Source of the DNA: an uncultured Actinomycetes bacterium
GTDB taxonomy: Bacteria > Actinomycetota > UBA4738 > HRBIN12
Assembly: GCA_963780015.1 (NCBI GenBank)
Contig: CAWAAO010000009.1
Coordinates: 907 to 64,906 of the forward strand
Reading direction: 5' to 3'
DNA length: 64,000 nt
Shown here: positions 28,465-39,167 of the stretch, in pieces
Position numbering within the stretch: the first letter of the stretch is position 1
How the letters are laid out: the number at the start of each line of letters is the position of its first letter
Position numbers and translations under genes: made by a program
Notes under the pieces: generated by a model
The model's input: only the letters and a program-made list of their open reading frames with translations
Databases searched by the model: none
What the model was told of the DNA's origin: nothing

Positions 28465-30643
28465 AGCGCAGTCGTGGGCTGTGGGTCTCGGTCATCGCGA
28501 TCGGGTTGATCATGGCGATATCGATCGCCGCGTTCGCCGCCAACCGCCTGCGCCCGGTGCTCGGGTTGGACCTGCAGGGCGGCGTGTCGGTGATCCTGTC
28601 CGCGCCGGAGGGCACCGACGCCGACACGATGAACACGGCCCTGGAGAACATCCGCAACCGGGTGGACGCTTTCGGCGTCGGGGAGCCCGACATCGCTTTG
28701 TCGGGCACGACGATCGAGATCCAGATCCCGGGGCTGTCCGACAGCACGGTCGAGGAGCGCACGGCGGACCTGGAGTGCATCGCCGATGCCAAGGGCGCCA
28801 CGTACGGCTGTTCGGCGACGCGCAAACCCCGACCACCGCCCTGAAGGGGTTCGACGTGGCGTCGCAGGTGGCCAAGGTGTGTGTGGTCGCGGGCGACACC
28901 GAGCTCACCTGCTTCCAGACCCAGGCGGCGGCCGACGCCGCGAAGACCGGGATCACGACGGAGCCCAAAGCCGTCCGCGTCCGCGTCCGCCTCCGCCTCA
29001 GCTTCGGCCTCGGTCTCGGCAAGCCCGACGCCGACGGAGGGCCCGGGCTCGACGGCCGGCGAGTACTGTCTGACCGACTTCGTCGGCGCGGAGCTGCAGT
29101 GCTATCCCGACTACAAGACCGCGCAGGCCGCCTACAAGTCACTCGACACCAAGGTGACCGAGACGACGTGGTGCATCACGGCACCGCAGCCCAAGACCCC
29201 CGACGCCTCGGCGACACCGACCCCCAGCGCCTCGCCGAAGAAGTCTGCGTCGCCCTCGCCCTCGGCGTCCGCGAGCGCCGCGAACGATCCGGGCACGGCC
29301 TACGCCGAGCTCGATCAGACCGGCTCCTCGCCGCTGCCGTGCGACGCCAAGACGAAGCAGGAGGCCGAACAGGCCCTCGAGGCGCTCGCGGTCCAGCACA
29401 TCACCACGCGCTATTGCGTGGTGAGCTCGCAGGGACAGGACCTCGGGTGTTACACGACCCAGAGCGCGGCCGCGGAGCGCCAACGCGAGACCGGCCAGCA
29501 GCACCTGTTGGAGCTGATCGGCCAGACCGCCCGGCTCGAAGAGCGACCCACGATCGAGATCGTGGCTCCGGGCGATCCTCGATTCCAGTCGATCCAGTTG
29601 ACCTGTCAGACCGACGTCGAGCGCGCCTCGAAGGCGTGCGCGGGCGACGCCCAGGACGGCAACGAGGTCTGGTACCCGGACGAGCAGGGCAACGCCGTGC
29701 ACCTCGGCCCCGTGACGATCACCGGCGGCAACATCACGAACGCGCGCGCGGCGCTCAGCGGTGGCTCGCAGTCGGTCGCCGAATGGCTGGTCAACTTCGA
29801 GCTCGATGGCGAGGGCACGCAGAAGTTCGCCGACGCGACCCGCCTCGCCGTGACCCAGCCGCCGCCCCAGAACCAGATCGCGATCGCGGTCGACCGCAAG
29901 ATCATCTCCAACCCGGTCGTCCAGGGCGCGATCACCGCCGGTCAGGGCAGATCAGCGGCAACTTCACCGAGCAGAGCGCGAAGGATCTGGCCGCGATCCT
30001 GAACGCGGGCTCGCTGCCCGTGAACCTCACGCAGGAATCGGTGCAGACGGTCAGCCCCACCCTGGGCTCCGAGTCGCTGGACCAGGGGATCGTGGCGGGC
30101 GCCGCCGGGTTGTTCCTGTTGTTCATGTACCTGCTCTTCTACTACCGGATGCTCGGTGTGGTGGCGTGGTTCGGCATGGCGATCTGGGCGGTCCTCGCGG
30201 TCACGCTGATCTCGCTGGCGGGCCGCAGCTTCGGCTACGCGCTGACGCTTGCCGGCGTGGCGGGCCTCGTGATCTCGCTGGGGGTGACCGCCGACTCCTA
30301 CATCGTGTTCTTCGAGCGATTGAAGGACGAAGTGCGGGCCGGCCGGTCGCCGCGCACCGCGGTGCAGCCGGCGTTCCAGCGCGCCTTCAAGACCATCGTG
30401 GCCGCCGACGTGGTGACGGGGATCGCGGCCGCCGTGCTGTACTTCACCGCGGTCAGCTCGGTGCGCGGGTTCGCGCTGACGCTCGGGGTGGCCACGGCGC
30501 TCGACCTGTTCGTCGTGTACTTCTTCAAGCGCCCGACCGTCTTCCTGATCGCGCGGAGCTCGAAGCTGTCCAGGATGAAGGGCTTCGGCCTCGCCTCGGC
30601 GACCGGCGCCGACCACATGCAGGCACCCGAGGGGCCGGCATGA
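28461..30643 (+). pseudogene. secD: protein translocase subunit SecD with an enlarged Cys-rich periplasmic insert; three frame breaks, all in the periplasmic part
   Basis: GTG start VKRSRGLWVSVIAIGLIM...LGLDLQGGVSVIL...NRVDAFGVGEP... (ORF 28395.. frame). It switches near 28812 to the 28379.. frame, near 28970 to the 28881.. frame, and near 29945 back to the 28379.. frame. There the canonical C-half (...GQISGNFTEQSAKDLAAILNAGSLPVNL...SPTLG... and 6 TMs) runs to 30643. Confidence 0.85.
28973..29020 (+). repeat. degenerate hexanucleotide tandem repeat (GTCCGC/CTCCGC/CTCGGC)x8 encoding (Ser-Ala)n
   Basis: gtccgcgtccgcgtccgcctccgcctcagcttcggcctcggtctcggc; read as SASASASASASASVSAS in the 28881.. 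frame. It lies exactly at the second secD frame junction. Confidence 0.8.
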
Positions 30644-31731
30644 ACCTGCGCCACGCCTACGACGTCTACCGCGGGTACCGCGTTCCGCACCTGCAGCTGA
30701 TCGAGCATCGCCGCTGGTGGTTCACGTTCTCGGGGATCCTGCTCGTGCTGTCGCTGATCGGAATGATCTTCAGCGGGTTTCACTTCTCGATCGACTTCGT
30801 CGGCGGCGCGGAGATCGTCTACACACCCTCGACCCCCGTGACGACCGATCAGATCCAGTCGGTCCTGGACGACTTCGGCCTCACCGGTGAGATCCAGCTC
30901 GTGGCCGGTGGCGATGAGGTGTCGATCCGGACCGACTCGTTCACCGACCTGCCCAACAACCAAGACCTCATCAAGGAGCTCGCCGATCAAGCGGGCGTGT
31001 CGCCGCAGGAGGTCAACGTGGAGGACATCGGGCCCACCTGGGGTCAGCAGATCTCCCGAAAGGCGTTCCGCGGACTGTTGCTCGTGTTGGTGTTCATCGC
31101 CATCTACATCGCGTGGCGCTTCCAGTGGTCGATGGCGATCGGCGCCATGGTCGCGCTCGTGCACGACGTGGTGATCACCGCGGGCATCTACGCGCTCGTC
31201 GGGCGCCAGGTCACGCCGGAGACGGTGATCGCGATCCTGACGATCCTCGGGTTCTCGTTGTACGACACCGTCGTGATCTACGACAAGATCCAGGAGAACA
31301 CCGAGTCCGCGGCGCTGACCGCGCGCCTCGGCTACACGGGCGTGGTCGACCTGTCGCTGAACCAGACCGTGATGCGCTCGGTGAACACCTCGCTCGTCGT
31401 GCTCCTGCCGATCCTGTCGTTGCTGCTGTTCGGCGGGGACACGCTGAAGGACTTCGCCTTCGCGATGTTCGTCGGGGTCGCGATCGGCGCCTACTCCTCG
31501 ATCTTCATCGCCGCCCCGGTGCTCACGATCGTGCACGAGCGCCAGGTTCGTCGCGCCGCGGGTCCCGCCGCCGCGCCGACGCGCGAGAAGGCCACCGCGG
31601 GCGCCGCGTCCGCGATCGCCGTCGACGCCGCGGCGACGAAGGCGACCGCCGGCATGGGCGGCACCAAGCCCAAGCCCAAGGCCAAGCCCCGGAACAAGAA
31701 GGGCCAACCCGCCAAACGCAAGCGGAGGTAG
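30640..31731 (+). CDS. secF: protein translocase subunit SecF
   Basis: ATGA overlap with the secD stop. ...FSIDFVGGAEIVY..., ...IGPTWGQQISRKAF..., 6 TMs and a Lys/Pro-rich basic tail. No frame breaks. Confidence 0.9.
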   Translation: MNLRHAYDVYRGYRVPHLQLIEHRRWWFTFSGILLVLSLIGMIFSGFHFSIDFVGGAEIVYTPSTPVTTDQIQSVLDDFGLTGEIQLVAGGDEVSIRTDSFTDLPNNQDLIKELADQAGVSPQEVNVEDIGPTWGQQISRKAFRGLLLVLVFIAIYIAWRFQWSMAIGAMVALVHDVVITAGIYALVGRQVTPETVIAILTILGFSLYDTVVIYDKIQENTESAALTARLGYTGVVDLSLNQTVMRSVNTSLVVLLPILSLLLFGGDTLKDFAFAMFVGVAIGAYSSIFIAAPVLTIVHERQVRRAAGPAAAPTREKATAGAASAIAVDAAATKATAGMGGTKPKPKAKPRNKKGQPAKRKRR

Positions 31732-31734
31732 ACC

Positions 31735-32256
31735 GTGCAGATCGAGCAGATCGAAGCCCTGATCCGCGACGTCCCCGACTTCCCGGAGCCGGGCATCGTC
31801 TTCAAGGACATCACCCCGGTGCTGGCCGACCCGATCGCCTTCAGCACGATCATCGACCTGATCGTCGTGCATTTCGGCCGGGGCAACGTCGACAAGGTCG
31901 TCGGGATCGAGGCCCGCGGGTTCATCCTCGGGGCGCCGGTCGCCTACCACTTCGGGGCCGGGGTGATCCCGGTGCGCAAGAAGGGCAAGCTCCCGTACGA
32001 GACGATCGAGGAGGAGTACGCCCTCGAGTACGGGACGGCGACGCTGGAGATCCACACCGACGCCGTCACGCCGGGCGAGCGGGTGCTGGTCGTCGACGAC
32101 GTCCTGGCCACCGGCGGGACGGCCGCCGCCACCGCGAGCCTCGTCGAGCGGATCGGCGGGAAGGTGTGCGGCATCGCGACCCTGATCGAGCTGGACTTCC
32201 TGCACGGCCGCGACAAGGTGTCGGGATACGACCTCTTCACGCTGATCCACTACTGA
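31735..32256 (+). CDS. apt: adenine phosphoribosyltransferase
   Basis: ...IRDVPDFPEPGIVFKDITPVLADP...GIEARGFILGAP... with the PRPP motif VLVVDDVLATGGT. Confidence 0.95.
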   Translation: MQIEQIEALIRDVPDFPEPGIVFKDITPVLADPIAFSTIIDLIVVHFGRGNVDKVVGIEARGFILGAPVAYHFGAGVIPVRKKGKLPYETIEEEYALEYGTATLEIHTDAVTPGERVLVVDDVLATGGTAAATASLVERIGGKVCGIATLIELDFLHGRDKVSGYDLFTLIHY

Positions 32257-32287
32257 GCGCGAGAACCGGGCCGGTGCGGCCGTAGAC

Positions 32288-34561
32288 TTGACCGCAGGCG
32301 TGGATACCCGGGACGAGCTCACGGTCGGTACGGCACAGCCACCCGCTCGGCGAGGTGGCCGTCTCCCCCTGCCGCGCCGCCGTCGCGCCGAGCATCCGCC
32401 GACCGGGTTCGCGGCGCTGCAGAAGAAGATCCGCACCTACAACCCCAAGGGCGACCTCAAGATGCTCGAGGCCGCCTATCGGGTCGCCGAGGAGGCCCAC
32501 GAGGGCCAGGTGCGCCTCTCGGGGGAGCCGTTCATCGAACATCCGCTGGCGGTGGCGCAGATCCTCGCCGACCTGCGCCTGGACACGACGACGCTCGAGG
32601 CGGCGCTGCTGCACGACACCGTGGAGGACACGCCCGTCACGCTCGACCGGCTCCGCGAGGAGTTCGGCGACGACGTCGCCGAGATCGTCGACGGCCTGAC
32701 GAAGCTCGACAAGCTGCAGTTCCAGACCCGCGAGCTGGCGCAGGCCGAGAACGTGCGCAAGATGATCGTGGCGATGGCGGGCGACATCCGCGTGCTGCTG
32801 ATCAAGCTCGCCGACCGTCTGCACAACATGCGGACACTCTCGGCGCTGCCCGTCGCCAAGCAACGCCGGGTCGCCACCGAGACCCTCGAGATCTACGCCC
32901 CGCTGGCCAACCGCCTCGGTGTCCAGGAGGTCAAGTGGGAACTCGAGGACCTCGCCTTCAAGACGTTGCATCCGGGGCCGTACAAGGAGATCGCCCAGCT
33001 CGTCGAGACGCGTCGCGACGAGCGGACGCGGCGCATCCTCGAGCTCACCGACACGCTCCGGCAGAAGCTGAAGGAGCTCGGGATCAAGGCCGACGTCGAC
33101 GGACGCCCGAAGCATCTGTACTCGATCTACGAAAAGATGGTGATCCGCGGCAAGGACTTCGAAGAGATCTTCGACCTGATCGGCATCCGCATCCAGGTCG
33201 AGTCGATGCGCGACTGCTACGGCGCGCTCGGTGCCGTCCACGCGCTCTGGAAGCCCGTCCCGGGCCGGTTCAAGGACTACATCGCGATGCCCAAGTCGAA
33301 CATGTACCAGTCCCTGCACACGACGGTGCTCGGCCCCGAGGGCCGGCCGATCGAGATCCAGATCCGGACGCGCGACATGCATCGCACGGCGCAGTACGGC
33401 ATCGCGGCGCACTGGCGCTACAAGGAGAGCCCGAAGCAGAAAGAGGCCGCCGACCTGGCGTGGCTCGGCCAGATGATGGACTGGCTCAAGGACCTGGCCG
33501 ATCCGCGGGAGTTCATGGAGGGCCTGCGGATCGACCTGTCGGGCGGCCGGGTGTTCGTGTTCACGCCCAAGGGCGATGTCACGAACCTGCCCCAGGGCGC
33601 CACGCCGGTGGACTTCGCCTACACGATCCACACCGAGGTCGGCCACCGAACGATCGGCGCCAAGGTGAACGGCAAGCTCGTGCCCTTGGACTACGAACTG
33701 CGCACGGGGGATTCCGTCGAGATCCTCACGTCCAAGGCACAGGGCGAGGGCCCGAGCCAGGATTGGCTGCAGTTCGTGGTGACGCCTCGGGCGCGCAACA
33801 AGATCCGCCAGTGGTTCGCGCGCGGCCGTCGCGAGGACGCGCTCGATCAAGGCAAGGAGCTGCTGCAGCGCCAGATGCGCAAGCAGAACCTTCCGTTCAA
33901 GCGTCTTGCCACCGACGAGGTCCTTGAGCAGGTGGTCGCCGATCTGAAGTACCCCGACCTGGACGCGCTGTACGTCGCGGTGGGCGAGGGGCATGTCTCG
34001 CCGCAGTCGGTGGTGGCACGGCTGGCACGAAGCGTCAGCGGCACCGGCGACGAGGACGTCACGGCCGACGTGCCGCTCGCGCGTCCGGTGCGGATCTCGA
34101 AGACCGACGTCTCACAGGGCGTCATGGTCAAAGGGCTCCCCGATGTCTGGGTGAAGCTCGGTCGCTGCTGCACGCCGGTGCCGGGGGACGGGATCGTGGG
34201 CTTCGTCACCCGGGGCCAAGGCGTCAGCGTGCACCGAGCGGACTGCCCGAACGTCAAGACGCTGCGTCGCGAGCCCGAGCGCATGATCGAGGTGTCGTGG
34301 TCGGAGGGCAAGCCGACCTCCTTCGTCGTCGCGATCCAGGTTGAGGCGCTGGATCGGACGCGACTGCTCTCGGATATCGCCACCGTGCTCTCGGACCAGC
34401 ACGTCAACATCCTGGCGGCGAACTCGACCACGGGTCGGGACCGGATCACGCGCCTGCGCTTCACGTTCGAGCTCGGTGACATCACGCACCTGTCGTCGAT
34501 CCTGGCGACGGTGAAGCGCATCGACGGCGTCTACGACGCCTATCGGGTGGTTCCCTCCTAG
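32288..34561 (+). CDS. relA: bifunctional (p)ppGpp synthetase/hydrolase RelA/SpoT (Rel)
   Basis: 757 aa. HD hydrolase (...[12 protein letters not shown]...LLHDTVEDT...), synthetase (...YSIYEKM...DLIGIRI...YQSLHT...), TGS and ACT domains. The start (TTG 32288) is uncertain by some codons. Confidence 0.95.
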   Translation: MTAGVDTRDELTVGTAQPPARRGGRLPLPRRRRAEHPPTGFAALQKKIRTYNPKGDLKMLEAAYRVAEEAHEGQVRLSGEPFIEHPLAVAQILADLRLDTTTLEAALLHDTVEDTPVTLDRLREEFGDDVAEIVDGLTKLDKLQFQTRELAQAENVRKMIVAMAGDIRVLLIKLADRLHNMRTLSALPVAKQRRVATETLEIYAPLANRLGVQEVKWELEDLAFKTLHPGPYKEIAQLVETRRDERTRRILELTDTLRQKLKELGIKADVDGRPKHLYSIYEKMVIRGKDFEEIFDLIGIRIQVESMRDCYGALGAVHALWKPVPGRFKDYIAMPKSNMYQSLHTTVLGPEGRPIEIQIRTRDMHRTAQYGIAAHWRYKESPKQKEAADLAWLGQMMDWLKDLADPREFMEGLRIDLSGGRVFVFTPKGDVTNLPQGATPVDFAYTIHTEVGHRTIGAKVNGKLVPLDYELRTGDSVEILTSKAQGEGPSQDWLQFVVTPRARNKIRQWFARGRREDALDQGKELLQRQMRKQNLPFKRLATDEVLEQVVADLKYPDLDALYVAVGEGHVSPQSVVARLARSVSGTGDEDVTADVPLARPVRISKTDVSQGVMVKGLPDVWVKLGRCCTPVPGDGIVGFVTRGQGVSVHRADCPNVKTLRREPERMIEVSWSEGKPTSFVVAIQVEALDRTRLLSDIATVLSDQHVNILAANSTTGRDRITRLRFTFELGDITHLSSILATVKRIDGVYDAYRVVPS

Positions 34562-35007
34562 TGCGCGTCGTGCTCCAACGGGTCGCGCGCGCGGCCGTCG
34601 CCGTCGACGGTGCGCCGGTGTCCTCGATCGGCCCCGGGTACCTGTTGCTGGTCGGCGTCGGGCACGACGACACCGAGGCCGACGCCGAGGGGCTGGCGAC
34701 GAAGATCGCCGGTCTGCGGATCTTCCGCGATGGCGAGGGCAAGACGAATCTGGATCTCGCGGCGGTGGGGGGCGAGGCGCTCGTGGTGTCGCAGTTCACC
34801 CTGTACGCGGACACGCGCAAGGGCCGGCGCCCGTCCTTCCTCGGCGCGGCCGAACCGACGCGAGCCGCCGAGCTCGTCGAGCACCTGGCGGGCGCGCTCG
34901 AAACGCACGGGGTGCGCGTCGGCCGGGGTGTCTTCGGGGCCGAGATGGCGATCGACCTGCTGAACGACGGGCCCTTCACGATCGTGTTCGACACGGCCTC
35001 GCCCTGA
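34561..35007 (+). CDS. dtd: D-aminoacyl-tRNA deacylase
   Basis: [13 protein letters not shown]...LLVGVGHDD...[20 protein letters not shown]...NDGPFTI... Confidence 0.95.
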   Translation: MRVVLQRVARAAVAVDGAPVSSIGPGYLLLVGVGHDDTEADAEGLATKIAGLRIFRDGEGKTNLDLAAVGGEALVVSQFTLYADTRKGRRPSFLGAAEPTRAAELVEHLAGALETHGVRVGRGVFGAEMAIDLLNDGPFTIVFDTASP

Positions 35008-35071
35008 GCGGCCGTCGCCCGGCAGCCCCCGCCAATCCTCCGGCCAACCCTCCGGGTAGCATGACCACCGC

Positions 35072-35695
35072 ATGTACCTGGACGTCTTCGATCGCAATCC
35101 CTACGGGACGAATTGCTGGTTGCTCGGTGCCGAGGGCGCACCGGACGTCGTCGTGGTCGACCCCGGGTTCGAGCCCGAGACGGTGGCCGGGATCCTGGAG
35201 GCCGCCGGCCGGCGCCCGGCCGCGGTCCTGTTGACCCACGCGCACATGGACCACGCCGGCGCCGCCGGAACGTTCGCGGGCGACATCCCCGTCTACGTGC
35301 ACGGGGACGACCGTCCGGCCTTCGCCGACTACCAAGGCTGGGGCGGGATGAGCCCGATCGAGCTCGATCCCGTCCGTGACCTGCGCACCTTCGCCGACGG
35401 CGACGTGCTCCGCCTGGCCGGGCTGGCCATCGAGGTCCTGCACACCCCGGGGCACACGCCCGGGTCCTCGTGCTTCCGGCTCGACGACGACGTGCTGGTG
35501 TGCTCCGGCGATCTCGTGTTCGCGGGCACGATCGGCCGGTCGGACTTCCACAACTCCGACCCGGTCGCGATGCGGGCGTCGCTGGCGCGCTTCCTGACGC
35601 TGCCCGACGATCTGCGGGTGTTGCCGGGGCACGGGGCCGAGACGGTGGTCGGCCGGGAGCGCGCCTCGAACCCCTTCCTGCAAGGGGTGGGCTGA
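35072..35695 (+). CDS. MBL-fold metallo-hydrolase (glyoxalase II-like)
   Basis: THAHMDH (HxHxDH), ...HTPGHTPGS..., ...LPGHG.... Confidence 0.85.
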   Translation: MYLDVFDRNPYGTNCWLLGAEGAPDVVVVDPGFEPETVAGILEAAGRRPAAVLLTHAHMDHAGAAGTFAGDIPVYVHGDDRPAFADYQGWGGMSPIELDPVRDLRTFADGDVLRLAGLAIEVLHTPGHTPGSSCFRLDDDVLVCSGDLVFAGTIGRSDFHNSDPVAMRASLARFLTLPDDLRVLPGHGAETVVGRERASNPFLQGVG

Positions 35696-36975
35696 TGGAG
35701 CTCGCGCCCGCCCGTGGCACGCAGGACCTCCTGCCGCCCGCCGGCGGTCGGATGCGCGCGCTCTACGACCGTGCGGCCGACCTCGCGCGCCGCTACGGCT
35801 ATCGCTACGTCGAGACCCCCGTGTTCGAGGCGACCGAGCTGTTCGCCCGGACGTCGGGCGAGACCAGCGACGTGGTGGCCAAGGAGATGTATACGTTCAC
35901 CGACCGCCGCGATCGATCGCTGACCCTTCGCCCCGAGGGCACGGCCCCCGTGATGCGCGCCTACCTGCACGACCGCCAGCGTCTCGGGTCGCCCTTCAAG
36001 GCCTACTACCTCACGCGGATGTATCGCTACAGCCGACCGCAGGCGGGCCGCTATCGCGAGCACCGGCAGTTCGGTGTGGAGGTGTTCGGGACCGACGCGC
36101 CCGACGCCGACGTCGAGGTGATCGGGCTCGGCGACGCGTTCCTGCGGTCGCTCGGGTTGCGACGCTACCGGCTCGAGCTGAACTCGCTCGGCGACGACGT
36201 GTGCCGCCCGGCCTACCGCACGGCGTTGATCGCGTACCTGACCGAGCACGCGGACGAGCTCCGCGACGAGCACAAGGACCGCTTCGCCGACAACCCGCTG
36301 CGGGTGCTCGATTGCAAGGACGAAGCCTGTCGGGCCGTCGCGGCGGGCGCGCCGATCATGGTCGAGCACCTCTGCGATGCGTGCGACGCTCATTTCGACG
36401 CCGTGGTCGCGGGCGTGCGCGCCCACGGGCTCGAACCCGTCATCACCCCGACGCTCGTCCGTGGCCTCGACTACTACACGCGAACCGCGTTCGAGTTCGT
36501 CAGCGATGCGATGCAAGAAGGCGGCAACGCGCAGCAGGCGACGCTCTTCGGTGGGGGCCGGTACGACGGGCTTGCCGAAACGCTCGGCGGCCCGCGCGTG
36601 CCGGGGGTGGGGTTCGGCATGGGTCTGGAGCGCGTGCTGCTGGCGCTGGCCGACGAAGAGGTGGCGCCGCCGAGCGAGCCACCGCTCGCCGCCTACGTGG
36701 TCGCGATCGGCGGTGCGGCCCGCACCGCCGCCCGGGCGCTCGTTGCGGAGCTGCGCACGGCGGGGATCGGTGCCGACCTCGGGTACGAGGATCGTCCGTT
36801 GAAGGCCCAGCTCAAGATGGCCGATCGTGCCGACGCCACCGTTGCGGTGATCATCGGCGAGCAGGAGCTCGCCGCCGGCAGCGTGACCCTGCGTCGGATG
36901 GACGACGGCACGCAGACCGCCGTCGCGCTGACCGAGGTGGCGTCGCATCTGCGCGCCGGCGAGGGATCCGCATGA
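35695..36975 (+). CDS. hisS: histidine--tRNA ligase
   Basis: From ATG 35695: MELAPARGTQDLLP...EMYTFTDRRDRSLTLRPEGTAPVMRAY...YRYSRPQAGRYREHRQFGVE...GGGRYDGL.... Confidence 0.95.
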   Translation: MELAPARGTQDLLPPAGGRMRALYDRAADLARRYGYRYVETPVFEATELFARTSGETSDVVAKEMYTFTDRRDRSLTLRPEGTAPVMRAYLHDRQRLGSPFKAYYLTRMYRYSRPQAGRYREHRQFGVEVFGTDAPDADVEVIGLGDAFLRSLGLRRYRLELNSLGDDVCRPAYRTALIAYLTEHADELRDEHKDRFADNPLRVLDCKDEACRAVAAGAPIMVEHLCDACDAHFDAVVAGVRAHGLEPVITPTLVRGLDYYTRTAFEFVSDAMQEGGNAQQATLFGGGRYDGLAETLGGPRVPGVGFGMGLERVLLALADEEVAPPSEPPLAAYVVAIGGAARTAARALVAELRTAGIGADLGYEDRPLKAQLKMADRADATVAVIIGEQELAAGSVTLRRMDDGTQTAVALTEVASHLRAGEGSA

Positions 36976-38765
36976 ACGAGCGATCCACACTGGCGACCGC
37001 GATGCGCTCACACGCGTGCGGGGAGCTTCGCGCGGGCGACGCCGGCCGCGAGGTGACGTTGTGCGGGTGGGTGGCGCACCGTCGGGATCACGGCGGGGTC
37101 ACGTTCATCGATCTGCGCGATCGCGAGGGCGTGATCCAGGTGGTCTTCCACCCGCAGGAGGCCACCGAGGCGCACACGATCGCCCAGGACCTTCGCGGGG
37201 AGTGGGTGGTCCGCGTGACCGGCACCGTGCGCGCGCGGCCGGCCGGCATGGTCAACGCGGGGCTCGCGACCGGCGAGATCGAGGTCGCGGCCACCGCCCT
37301 CGAGGTGCTCGCGCGCGCCGACACGCCGCCGTTCGTGATCGAAGACCGCGTGGAGGCCGACGAGCTGCTGCGACTGGAATACCGCTATCTGGACCTTCGC
37401 CGCCCCGAGATGACCGCGAACCTGCGTCTGCGTCACCAGGTGACGCGTCTGATGCACGAGCATCTCGATGCGCTGGGGTTCGTCGAGGTCGAGACGCCGA
37501 TGCTCGGCCGAGCCACGCCCGAGGGCTCGCGTGACTTCCTCGTGCCGGTGCGGGTGCGGCCGGGCACCTTCTTCGCGTTGCCGCAGTCGCCGCAGCAGCT
37601 GAAGCAACTCCTGATGGTGGGTGGCCAGGACCGGTACTACCAGATCGTGCGATGCCTCCGCGACGAGGCGACCCGCGCCGACCGCGGGTTCGAGTTCACG
37701 CAGCTCGACATCGAGATGGCCTTCGTCGACGAAGACGACATCATCGCCGTCATCGAGCCGCTGTACGCACGGATCATCGCCGAGACGCAGGGCGTCGAGG
37801 TGCCGGTCCCGTTCCGGCGGATGCCCTACGACGAGATGCTCCAGCGGTTCGGCTCCGACAAACCGGATCTCCGATACGGGATGGAGCTCGTCGACCTCGC
37901 GGATCTCTTCGCGGGCTCCGGTTTCAACGCCTTCGCCTCGGTCGCGGCGGACGGCGGCGCGATCAAGGCGCTGTGCGCCCCCGGCGGCGGCACCCTGAGC
38001 CGCAAGGAGCTCGACAGGCTGGTGGACGACGCCAAGGGCCGCGGCGCCGCCGGACTGGTGTGGCTGGTCGTCGAACCCGACGGATCGCTGCGCTCGCCGG
38101 TCGACAAGTTCCTGTCCGACGAGGAGCGCACGGGCATCGTGGCGCGCACCGCCGCGGCGGCGGGGGACCTGATCTGTGTGGTCGCCGACCGTCGCGACCG
38201 GGTCGACGTCGCGCTGGACGGCTGCCGCCGCGATCTCGCGGAGCGGCTCGATCTGATCCCGGAGGGTCGGTGGGAGTTCTGCTGGTACTCGGAGCCGCCG
38301 CTGTTCGAGTGGAGCGAGGAGGAGGCCCGGTGGGTGGCCAACCACCATCCGTTCACCGCGCCGCTGACCGATGACCTCGAGCCGACCACGGCAAAGGCCC
38401 GCGCCTACGACCTCATCCTGAACGGGTTCGAGATCGGTGGCGGCTCGATCCGGATCCACGAGCCGGCGGTCCAGCAGGCCGTCTTCGACGTGCTCGGGCT
38501 CACACCCGCCGAACAACAGGAGAAGTTCGGGCACCTGCTGAAGGCGTTCCGGTTCGGCGCGCCGCCCCACGGCGGGGTCGCCATGGGCCTGGACCGCCTC
38601 GTCATGCTGCTCGCCGGCAAGGATTCGTTGCGCGACGTCACGGCGTTCCCGAAGGCCCAGTCGGGCGCCGACCCCATGACCGGGGCACCGGCGGCCGCCG
38701 ACCCCGGCGCGCTCGCCGAGCTCGGGATCGCCGTGACCGCGCAGCCCGAGGAGGACGAGACATGA
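36972..38765 (+). CDS. aspS: aspartate--tRNA ligase
   Basis: From ATG 36972: ...CGWVAHRRDHGGVTFIDLRDREGVIQVV..., FFALPQSPQQLKQLLM, ...QIVRCLRDE..., ...GGGSIRIH..., ...APPHGGVAMGLDRLVMLL.... Confidence 0.95.
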   Translation: MNERSTLATAMRSHACGELRAGDAGREVTLCGWVAHRRDHGGVTFIDLRDREGVIQVVFHPQEATEAHTIAQDLRGEWVVRVTGTVRARPAGMVNAGLATGEIEVAATALEVLARADTPPFVIEDRVEADELLRLEYRYLDLRRPEMTANLRLRHQVTRLMHEHLDALGFVEVETPMLGRATPEGSRDFLVPVRVRPGTFFALPQSPQQLKQLLMVGGQDRYYQIVRCLRDEATRADRGFEFTQLDIEMAFVDEDDIIAVIEPLYARIIAETQGVEVPVPFRRMPYDEMLQRFGSDKPDLRYGMELVDLADLFAGSGFNAFASVAADGGAIKALCAPGGGTLSRKELDRLVDDAKGRGAAGLVWLVVEPDGSLRSPVDKFLSDEERTGIVARTAAAAGDLICVVADRRDRVDVALDGCRRDLAERLDLIPEGRWEFCWYSEPPLFEWSEEEARWVANHHPFTAPLTDDLEPTTAKARAYDLILNGFEIGGGSIRIHEPAVQQAVFDVLGLTPAEQQEKFGHLLKAFRFGAPPHGGVAMGLDRLVMLLAGKDSLRDVTAFPKAQSGADPMTGAPAAADPGALAELGIAVTAQPEEDET

Positions 38766-39157
38766 ACGAACTCACGGCGGCGGATCGCGCGCTGCTCGGC
38801 CCGCCCAACTTCGCGTGGATCGTGACCCTGAACGCCGACGGGTCACCGCAGGCGACGCTCACCTGGGTGGGCGCGAACGAGACCCACGTCCTGGTGAACA
38901 CCGCCGTCGGCCGGAAGAAGGATCGCAACGTCGAGCGCGACCCGCACGTCACGGTCGCGGTCCAGCAACACGGTGACGCGTACCGCTGGATCTCGATCGA
39001 AGGCGTGGTCGAGCGGCGCGAGCTCGGCCCCGGCGCCGAGGACCACATCGCCGAACTGGCGCTCGCCTACGACGGCGCGGAGTGGACGCCGGTCGAGGGC
39101 CAGGTCCGCGTGCGCTGGCACGTTCGCCCGACCCACATCATCCGGTACGGGGAGTAG
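38762..39157 (+). CDS. PPOX-class (pyridoxamine 5'-phosphate oxidase-like, probably F420-dependent) small protein
   Basis: 131 aa. ...NFAWIVTLNADGSPQATLTWVG...VLVNTAVGRKKDRNVERDPHVTVAV... follows the typical split-barrel pattern. Confidence 0.65.
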   Translation: MNELTAADRALLGPPNFAWIVTLNADGSPQATLTWVGANETHVLVNTAVGRKKDRNVERDPHVTVAVQQHGDAYRWISIEGVVERRELGPGAEDHIAELALAYDGAEWTPVEGQVRVRWHVRPTHIIRYGE

Positions 39158-39167
39158 CGACGGCCGC

